A stretch of DNA of 61,201 bases from positions 1-61,201 of IMG/VR virus record IMGVR_UViG_3300009790_000010; one strand, 5' to 3'. Position 1 is the stretch's first letter; every line of letters begins with the position of its first letter. The notes beneath the pieces are model-generated. The model made no database searches, was not told the origin of the DNA, and saw only the letters and a list, made by a program, of their open reading frames with translations. The position numbers and the translations under genes were made by a program. The stretch is from a virus (lineage: Duplodnaviria; Caudoviricetes). This document shows, piece by piece, positions 37,587 to 45,652 of this stretch.

Positions 37587-39226
37587 CTTACCATGAATCT
37601 GGACATACTATGAACCCTAAGCAAAAACAAATAGGTGGAGGCCCAGGTAGAGGTGCGTTTCAATTTGAAGGTCCTTCACTTATTACAGCACAGAACAGAT
37701 ACAAGACTGTTGCTAATGTAATGGGTCTAGATTTTAATCCTAACATCTTGAATGCTAAATCAGCAGATGAACTATCACTAGAAGATCAGTATACTTTATT
37801 CTATGTAAACCTGTTAGAAGGTGATGCAGAATTAGGAAAATATCCAAAAGGTGAACTAGATCTAATAGATCTATGGTTACAAGGACATAAGAATGTAGAA
37901 GTTCCAGGTAATAGAGAATCTTTTTTACACAGTAGAGAAACAGCTAAAGAGAAAGGTATAGAAGGGGGATATAAAACTTTCAAAACAGGAGGATGGTTAG
38001 ATAAGTATGAAGTGATAGAAGATGACATGGGACAGTTAACCAACCCAGGAAAGATAACTAAAATAAACTCCAACAACATAACAATGAAAGGAGTAGACTT
38101 TCCTGTGCTAGGAATATCTGACACTGGTGATAAGAAGATGATGCAACCAGGTAAAGATTACAAGTTTGATGGTAACTCTGTTACAGAGTATCCTATGGCA
38201 CAAGGTGGTATGAATGTACCTCTTAAAACGGTTAATAAGTTTGGCGAACTAGAAAGACTAACTTACCCAAGTAGTGTATGGAAAGACAAAGAAGGTAATC
38301 CTGAACAACTCGTTATGTTAGATGAAGTAGTTGTTGATTCAAAAGGTCCTATAGCATTAGCTAAAGAACAAATGGAAGAGTATGGAATTCCTAATTTTCA
38401 AACAGCAGGTTATGTTAAAGGTAAGTCTGAAAGAGCATATAATAATATAACTCCTGAAGGTTATGGAAACATACTAAAAAATCTTGATAGAAAAAAGAGA
38501 TATGATGAAGACCTAGGACGTGATCCAGAAGCTTTGTGGCATTCGGGCCCCAAAGATAATAAGAGACACTACATTATACCTAACCGAGAAGATGCATTTA
38601 GACTATATCTAGGAATGCCACAAGTTAATAATAGTTTTGCTGTAAGTGATTACAGACCGGGTGACTCAGAAGATAAGAGTATGGTTTATTTAAAACCTAA
38701 TTACTTTAATGAAGCTCCTATTAGACAGGCATTAGTAGATCAGTATTTTCAAAGAAAGAAAGATGGATATGTTGATAAAGATAAAAAAACAATAGGTAAT
38801 GAAAGAGGACTACCAAGAGGAAAATATCAAGGAGATGGTACAACATGGCCTGAGGCAGATAACTCTTTAGGAGATTTTACATTTGATATGGGAGAGGATG
38901 AAAAAGGAACTTACATATCTATATATGATATATGGGACTTGAATCCATTCCAACAGGGAGAGGGATCATCTGTAAATAAGGCAGGTCGGGCTTTGTTAAA
39001 TTGGTTTAATAAACAAAGTAAGAACAAAGCTACTTCAGAATCAGAAGTATCTGCTTTATTTGGAGCAGGAAAACCATTTGAAATATATGAAAGAATATAT
39101 ATTGACCCAGAAACCAAGAAAATAATACAGATGAAACAGGGAGGATCTTTGGTCAGATTAGATCAATTGACTAACTTTACAAACTATAATACCCCACAAC
39201 CAGGCGGCTGGTTAGATAAATACTAA
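37562..39226 (+). CDS. Ejection/cargo polyprotein, part 2 (lysozyme-like module and others), probably continuous with part 1
   Basis: Weak GTG start mid-domain; IAYHES...GGGPGRGAFQFE; two further GGWLDKY. Confidence 0.7.
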   Translation: MGEVADTIAYHESGHTMNPKQKQIGGGPGRGAFQFEGPSLITAQNRYKTVANVMGLDFNPNILNAKSADELSLEDQYTLFYVNLLEGDAELGKYPKGELDLIDLWLQGHKNVEVPGNRESFLHSRETAKEKGIEGGYKTFKTGGWLDKYEVIEDDMGQLTNPGKITKINSNNITMKGVDFPVLGISDTGDKKMMQPGKDYKFDGNSVTEYPMAQGGMNVPLKTVNKFGELERLTYPSSVWKDKEGNPEQLVMLDEVVVDSKGPIALAKEQMEEYGIPNFQTAGYVKGKSERAYNNITPEGYGNILKNLDRKKRYDEDLGRDPEALWHSGPKDNKRHYIIPNREDAFRLYLGMPQVNNSFAVSDYRPGDSEDKSMVYLKPNYFNEAPIRQALVDQYFQRKKDGYVDKDKKTIGNERGLPRGKYQGDGTTWPEADNSLGDFTFDMGEDEKGTYISIYDIWDLNPFQQGEGSSVNKAGRALLNWFNKQSKNKATSESEVSALFGAGKPFEIYERIYIDPETKKIIQMKQGGSLVRLDQLTNFTNYNTPQPGGWLDKY

Positions 39227-39230
39227 TAAT

Positions 39231-42200
39231 ATGAAAGCTCAAATATTAAAAATAGCAGGCGTAAAGTCTGAAAAAGAATTCTACAAAAAGTTCCCTACAG
39301 AGGCAGCTTTTATGAAGAAACACGGAAAAGAACTAGCTAAGCTTAAGAAGGCTGCAGTAGGTGATGTTATCCAATACACTGATGTAGCACCAACTAATAA
39401 CCGTAAAGTAATTGATGGTACAGAACTTATACAGGATGTTAACAAAGATGTCCTTTCTCAATTTGATCAGTTTAAAGATAGAGCCTATGAGCTGGGCCTT
39501 GATTCTATGACTACTGAAGATGAGAAAGAAGACTATGAATATAAAGCAAAAATAGATGCTCTATATGCTAACGCTTTAAATAAAGATGATAAGAAGGGAC
39601 CATTAGGAGGCTTAGATATTGGGAGTGCTATAGGTGCAATAGGTGGTTTATTTGGTGGAGGTGGAGGTGGTGCCACAGGATCTGTTGAAGTTGGTGAATT
39701 AGAAATGTTACCTATTGGTAAGAAAGGTGGTAAGTTTAAACCACATATGATGTATGATCCTAAGACTAAGAAGAGTAAGAAAGTTATGACTTACAAAGAG
39801 CACTTAGCACTTAAGAAAAAAGGTTGGGGACATGAAGTACCTAAAGGACAAGAGGGAGTGGAGTTCGAAGTTCCTGATGGAATGATTCAAGATAGTGCAG
39901 GTAACTTGAGAAGAGCTAATGCTGATGGTACAGATATAGCTTTTGGTGGAAAACTTGCAGATCAACTTAAGAGTGCTCCTGTTATTGGGGATATAGTGAT
40001 GGGTATAAGTAAGATAAAGGATCAGAAAGATGCTTTAAAAGACTTAAAACAAATGTCACAAGTCACTGGTATTGCAAGAGCTGCTGCTATGACTAAACCA
40101 GAAGAGATAGAAAGAGAATATGTACGTCCTGAAGATATTCAAAATACAGGAGAAGAATTCTTTCCTATCTATGGTGTAGGTACAAATGTACTTGCTAAGC
40201 ATGGTAGAACTATGAATATGTTTGATAATCCTGGATTCACTCCATTAACAAACCTAAATCAAGTAAAGAAATTTCAAGAAGGTGGTGGTGTGCCTTGGGG
40301 AAAAATAATTGAAGCTGGAGGAGACTTAGCATATGGACCTAAAGCTGAGAGAGATGCAGGTAGTAACATTGGTGGTGGTATTGGAAATGCTATTGGTTAT
40401 GCGATTGGAGGACCTCTAGGTGGTGCTATTGGTGAGTTTGCTGGTGCTGGTATTGGTGACTTATTAGATAGAAATGATAGTAGACAAAAAAGAGAAAGAT
40501 CTAAAATAGATGACAATATTCAGGACATGACTAATATGCAGATAGGACCTCAGATACATGCAGGTTATGCCTCTCATATGAAAAAAGGTGGAAAACTTCC
40601 TGGTCCTAATAATGATTATGGAATGATAGGAGCACCAGGCCCACAAATCTTAAAAACCTTTGATGGAAAGAACTTAAACAACATGTTGCAAAAAGCTTCT
40701 AGAATGCCTGATACCCTTAAGACAGGTGGATCAGTAGCAGGCAATGGTAATGTCAAAACTCTATGGGGTGGAGATGTAAGTGCTGTAGCATATAATCCAT
40801 ATGCTGGTGGTGAAAGTCTATATTTCTCTGGTAACTCTCATGAAAATAAAGATCCTAAAACAGGTCAAACTGGAATAGGTGTGGCATATGGACCGCAGTC
40901 TATGGCTACAAATCAACCAGTAGTTGAAGTGGAAAATGAACCAGCTCAAATACTTAACGAGAATGGAGAAGAGAATCTAGTTATATATGGAGATCTAAAG
41001 ATACCTAACGAGTATGTAAATGAGATAGGTGATCCAGACGCTGGAGGTAAGAAATTTAAGCATTATGTAAATAATCTTAATGATGAGGAGGCAAGAATAA
41101 ATAAACAAATGGGCAAAGCTGTAGTGAGTGCTGGTGAAAGTGATAATACTAAATGGGGAGAACTAGAAAGATCTACATCTGAAGCTATTATACAAGGTGG
41201 TGATATGAAACTACAAGACATTGCAAACAAGAAAACTATATTAGCTGATTTACAAGAAGCTTTAAATGATACGTTTAATGAACGTGGTATAGATGGTAAC
41301 AAGTTTATCTCTAAAGGTGAGATAGAAGCTGTTAAGGATACAGAAGACTACGCTAAGAAGGGTAGTAAGATACCTAAAGCACAAGGAGATGGTCAACAAA
41401 ATACTAATCCAGATCAAGGTCTTGAATTAAATGAACTTCCTACAATATTTAAAACTGAAGAAGAAGCTATTGAAGCAGGTTATGAGTTTGATGAAGAGGC
41501 TAAGAAATGGAGAAAAATTAAAGCGGAGAAAGTAGAAGGTGCAGATGCTACTGGTTCTGATATAGGTGATATGCCTGAAGGACAGAAGTATGATGATAAA
41601 ACAGGACTGGCTGGTAATGTAACGGAAGCAGACTATGAAAAACTTGTAACAGAAAATCCTTGGTTTGATTGGGAGAACTTTGATCGTAGAAAGAAAGAAG
41701 ATGTAAAAAGATTCCAAAAAGAATTCAATAAAAGAAACAAAGATGCAGGTATAGATGTGTCATTAAGTGTAGATGGTATTGTTGGTGAAGAAACTGTTAG
41801 TGCTAGATTCTCTCCTATGCAAGAAGCTGCAGGTCCTGAGTATGAATATGCAGAAGTAGAAGAAGAAGAAATAACAACTGAAACAACTACAACAGTAAAA
41901 CCAAACACTCCATTTGATGCAAATCTACTTAAACGACTTTTCCCTAGAGAAATAGATAATGATCTGGATTACAATCAGATACTACCTGAAATAAATGCTG
42001 CTGCAAACAATCAACTTGATCCTGTATATGCACAATCTTTCCAACCTAGACTAAGAGTTCCTTACGATATTAGTTTACAGGATAGGAGAAATCAAATTAC
42101 AGGAGCTTATAGAGCTATGAGTCAGAACCCAGCTGTTCAAAATAATCCTGCATTAGCAGCTGCTATGGCTGCTCCTATGTATGATGCAATAAACACTACA

Positions 42201-42716
42201 ACGGCTGAAGAGTTTAGACTTAACCAAGCAATGAAAGATAGTGTATACTCTGGTAATTTAGATACTCTTAATCAGGCAAGACTTACTAATATGGGTATAT
42301 ATGATCAACAACAACAAAGGCAAGCTCAGGCTGTAGCTAATACAAAAGAAACACAGCAAGAAATTGTTAAGTCTATATCTGATAAGTATCAGCAAAATAA
42401 ACTAGAGAACAGAAGAGAGAAAGTTCTGCGTGAATTATATCCTAACTTTAGATTTACGGAAGACTTAGATTTATTTAATCAAGGAAATGCACAATTCAAT
42501 ATACCTGGTGGAGGACAGACATCTCCTTTCGGCCCATATCAAACTATCTTTGATTGGATGACTGGTGGTGGAATTGGTGGTGGACAAAATAATACTACTA
42601 CAGACACCACTACTATTGCAGAGAGTGCATACGGGACAAGACTAAAACCTATCAAGAAAAAAGTAAAAAGGAATCAGAAAAATAGTAATATTTTGAGACA
42701 ATTCAAAAAACAATAA
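39231..42716 (+). CDS. Ejection/cargo protein with glycine zippers and a peptidoglycan-binding-like motif
   Basis: GGGIGNAIGYAIGGPLGGAIGEFAGAGIG; FSGNSHE...GIGV...VEVENE; DVKRFQ...VDGIVGEET. Confidence 0.7.
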   Translation: MKAQILKIAGVKSEKEFYKKFPTEAAFMKKHGKELAKLKKAAVGDVIQYTDVAPTNNRKVIDGTELIQDVNKDVLSQFDQFKDRAYELGLDSMTTEDEKEDYEYKAKIDALYANALNKDDKKGPLGGLDIGSAIGAIGGLFGGGGGGATGSVEVGELEMLPIGKKGGKFKPHMMYDPKTKKSKKVMTYKEHLALKKKGWGHEVPKGQEGVEFEVPDGMIQDSAGNLRRANADGTDIAFGGKLADQLKSAPVIGDIVMGISKIKDQKDALKDLKQMSQVTGIARAAAMTKPEEIEREYVRPEDIQNTGEEFFPIYGVGTNVLAKHGRTMNMFDNPGFTPLTNLNQVKKFQEGGGVPWGKIIEAGGDLAYGPKAERDAGSNIGGGIGNAIGYAIGGPLGGAIGEFAGAGIGDLLDRNDSRQKRERSKIDDNIQDMTNMQIGPQIHAGYASHMKKGGKLPGPNNDYGMIGAPGPQILKTFDGKNLNNMLQKASRMPDTLKTGGSVAGNGNVKTLWGGDVSAVAYNPYAGGESLYFSGNSHENKDPKTGQTGIGVAYGPQSMATNQPVVEVENEPAQILNENGEENLVIYGDLKIPNEYVNEIGDPDAGGKKFKHYVNNLNDEEARINKQMGKAVVSAGESDNTKWGELERSTSEAIIQGGDMKLQDIANKKTILADLQEALNDTFNERGIDGNKFISKGEIEAVKDTEDYAKKGSKIPKAQGDGQQNTNPDQGLELNELPTIFKTEEEAIEAGYEFDEEAKKWRKIKAEKVEGADATGSDIGDMPEGQKYDDKTGLAGNVTEADYEKLVTENPWFDWENFDRRKKEDVKRFQKEFNKRNKDAGIDVSLSVDGIVGEETVSARFSPMQEAAGPEYEYAEVEEEEITTETTTTVKPNTPFDANLLKRLFPREIDNDLDYNQILPEINAAANNQLDPVYAQSFQPRLRVPYDISLQDRRNQITGAYRAMSQNPAVQNNPALAAAMAAPMYDAINTTTAEEFRLNQAMKDSVYSGNLDTLNQARLTNMGIYDQQQQRQAQAVANTKETQQEIVKSISDKYQQNKLENRREKVLRELYPNFRFTEDLDLFNQGNAQFNIPGGGQTSPFGPYQTIFDWMTGGGIGGGQNNTTTDTTTIAESAYGTRLKPIKKKVKRNQKNSNILRQFKKQ

Positions 42717-42758
42717 CTAATCTGATTATAAAGAATTACCAAAAGAGATTAGTCTACC

Positions 42759-42789
42759 TTGGATAATTCTGTAAATAATAATACATTTG
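42759..42789 (+). promoter_or_regulatory. Bacteroidetes-type promoter for the cargo/RNAP genes, nearly leaderless
   Basis: TTG (42759-42761), 20 nt, TACATTTG (42782-42789), 7 nt before ATG 42797. Confidence 0.6.
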
Positions 42790-42796
42790 TGAAATT

Positions 42797-45652
42797 ATGG
42801 CATCATATCTCGATAACATACCTACCTTTAATGAATATGTAGAGCAACGTCCTCAGGATGATATGCTCAAGGTTGGTCTGTTCAAACAACAAGCATATAA
42901 TGAGGGAGTAAAGAAGATTCAAGACAGTATAGATAATATTGCTGGACTGGATATTATTCAACCAGAACAAAGAGAATATCTTCAATCTAAGCTTAATGCT
43001 TTAGGAGGACAGCTCAATAGTATTGCAGCGTCCGATTTCTCAAACTTCCAACTTGTTAACTCAGTTGATGGTATGACTAAGCAATTAGTTAATGATCCTA
43101 TTATTTTAAATGCTGTAGCTTCTACAGGTTATTATAGAAAACAAAAAGAAAACCAAGAAAAAATTAATGCTGAAGGAAAAGGTTCAGCTTCTAATGATGC
43201 TTTCTTCAATCAACAAGTGGAAGACTGGATGGGGGGAGGTTTAGATGCTCAGTTTACAGGACAGTATACACCATATGTAGACTTTAACAAAGAAGCTAGA
43301 GAGATAATAAAAGGTTTAGTCAAAACAGAAGATGTTCAAGAGATAGCTTTTGAACAAGATGCAAATGGTAAATGGAGAATAATGGATGCTATAACACGTG
43401 TAGAAGTAGAGGGGGTTAGTGCAGATAGAATTCAAACAGCATTACAAGCTGGTCTTACACCAGAAGCAAAAAGACAAATGAGCATAGATGGATTATATCA
43501 ATACTCAGGAGTAAGTCCAGAACAATTTTCTCAAGACTTAAATACCAGATACAGTGATACATTTGATGCATTAGTACAACAAAGAGACGAACTAGTAGGA
43601 CTAAAGAAATTAGCAAAATCACCAGAGGAAAAAGATAATATTCAATTGCAAATAGATGCTCTTGATAATCAAACTAAATATCTACAATCAGAATATGACA
43701 GTATATCTGAAGGATTTGCAAATGGAGATGTAGAAGCTGCAAAAGCTAATTTGTATGCAACTGATTGGATGAAGAACTTTAGTAATGCATATTCCTATAG
43801 AAATGTATCAGAAACTTACAAAACTAATCCATGGTTCGAAGCTGACTTTAAGAAAAAGAAAGAACTTCAAAGACAACAAGAATGGTTAGCTACTTATAAT
43901 CAAAGAGAAGCACATCATCGAGAGGATTATAATCTTAAAGTACAAGAGATGCAGTTTAATGGTGTATGGGGAGTACCAGTGGGTGTAACTGACTTTACAG
44001 AAAAAGACAATGATGAAGTTGCTGCCATCTATAAAAGTAACTTAGCATCTAAAAAGAAAGAGTTAAATGACTGGAAGTCTATGATGGAATCCAAATATGG
44101 AATAAATGATATGACTCTTAATGAAGCAGATGCAGCTGATAAAACAAATAGATTATTTAATAGAGCTGACTTCACAGCAGATTTAGCTCAATATAATCTA
44201 CTTAAGAAAGATCTTGAGAGATCAGAACTTCTGGATTACACTTTAGCAGTAGAAGCAGATCTACAATTTCCTACACAGTATTTAGAGAATGGAGAAGTTA
44301 ATCCACGTTTCTTATTACAGTATGCAGATGATAGTAATAATAAAAAAGTTTATATACCTAGTGGCGGTGTAAATAATGAAACCGGTGATGGTTATATATA
44401 TCCAACTCAAACAATGGAGGATGGTGGCACTATGATGCCTAACACAGATTATGCACAGTTAGCTACAGCCTTTTCATACTTTGATAATAACTATTGGGTA
44501 TCAGATGGTTCTGGTTCACTATACGATCCTACTGTACCTTATTCAGACTACACACCATCACGGCTGATTCCAGAAGGTGACATGGGAACTTATCCTGAAG
44601 ATCTTGATCCATCAATGAGAGGTATGTATGATATATGGAGAGCTGGAAGGTTAGATGATGCAGAGGCTTTCCAATGGAATGATGACTTTACACGATTAGT
44701 TGGAGACCATCGAATAGGAGATAAATACGAGAACTTATATACACAAGTAAAACAGTTCCAAGAGAAGACATATAGAAGAGATGAGATTAATGCTGATTTA
44801 AGATCTAAATATATAGCCGATGGTATAAAGGAAAATAATATTATGTCTCAGAGTATGAGATATGAAGTACCATTAGCTAATGCAGCTCAGAAAGCTAGAA
44901 TGAAATCTAAACTTCTAGCTCTTTACCAAGAAGCAGGAAGTGATGGGGGTGGTGAAGGAGGTATACTGCTCGATAATATAGATAACTTTCCAAACCTTAT
45001 AGATGGATTAGATGCAGCTAGTGTTGTAACAGATGGAGAAGATGATTTTAGATTAACTGTTAGAGGAGGAGGTCTTCAAGGATCACAATATACAGAAGAA
45101 ATAAATCTAACCAAAGCTCAATTTGATATGTTATTTCCAGGTGGACAGTATTATCAGTCCCCAGCCATACAAACATTTAATGAGGAGTATTTACCTCTGA
45201 TGTTGAAATCAAGAACCCCATTGATGGAAAGTTATCCTAACGGACCAGATAGCTTTCCAGTATACTATAGAGAACCACAATCATTCTGGACTACTGCTAC
45301 AGATAGTTCATATGAGACTAAAATTGGTAATGCTGGTATACCTCAATCTCATTTTATGGAAGTACTTTACTATGGTGTAGAAGGAAATTTAGTAAGTGAG
45401 GGAAATCCTAAAGAGACAAATCGTTTTAGATTATTTTTAAATATAACCGACCCTATTACTGGTATCGTACATGAAAATATTATGATGGTGCCTCCTTCTG
45501 GAGGTGCTGGTATAGTAGATAAATCTAAAGTAGCATTTACTATTTCACAATTAAACGATCAATTTATATGGCAATTATTAAATCCGAACACCCCATACAC
45601 TCGTAGTTCTCAAAACCAATTAATACAAGCTGCTAACACACCTAAAAAGTAA
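42797..45652 (+). CDS. Virion cargo protein preceding the RNA polymerase gene
   Basis: 951 aa, coiled-coil N-half; crAss-like order. Confidence 0.7.
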   Translation: MASYLDNIPTFNEYVEQRPQDDMLKVGLFKQQAYNEGVKKIQDSIDNIAGLDIIQPEQREYLQSKLNALGGQLNSIAASDFSNFQLVNSVDGMTKQLVNDPIILNAVASTGYYRKQKENQEKINAEGKGSASNDAFFNQQVEDWMGGGLDAQFTGQYTPYVDFNKEAREIIKGLVKTEDVQEIAFEQDANGKWRIMDAITRVEVEGVSADRIQTALQAGLTPEAKRQMSIDGLYQYSGVSPEQFSQDLNTRYSDTFDALVQQRDELVGLKKLAKSPEEKDNIQLQIDALDNQTKYLQSEYDSISEGFANGDVEAAKANLYATDWMKNFSNAYSYRNVSETYKTNPWFEADFKKKKELQRQQEWLATYNQREAHHREDYNLKVQEMQFNGVWGVPVGVTDFTEKDNDEVAAIYKSNLASKKKELNDWKSMMESKYGINDMTLNEADAADKTNRLFNRADFTADLAQYNLLKKDLERSELLDYTLAVEADLQFPTQYLENGEVNPRFLLQYADDSNNKKVYIPSGGVNNETGDGYIYPTQTMEDGGTMMPNTDYAQLATAFSYFDNNYWVSDGSGSLYDPTVPYSDYTPSRLIPEGDMGTYPEDLDPSMRGMYDIWRAGRLDDAEAFQWNDDFTRLVGDHRIGDKYENLYTQVKQFQEKTYRRDEINADLRSKYIADGIKENNIMSQSMRYEVPLANAAQKARMKSKLLALYQEAGSDGGGEGGILLDNIDNFPNLIDGLDAASVVTDGEDDFRLTVRGGGLQGSQYTEEINLTKAQFDMLFPGGQYYQSPAIQTFNEEYLPLMLKSRTPLMESYPNGPDSFPVYYREPQSFWTTATDSSYETKIGNAGIPQSHFMEVLYYGVEGNLVSEGNPKETNRFRLFLNITDPITGIVHENIMMVPPSGGAGIVDKSKVAFTISQLNDQFIWQLLNPNTPYTRSSQNQLIQAANTPKK

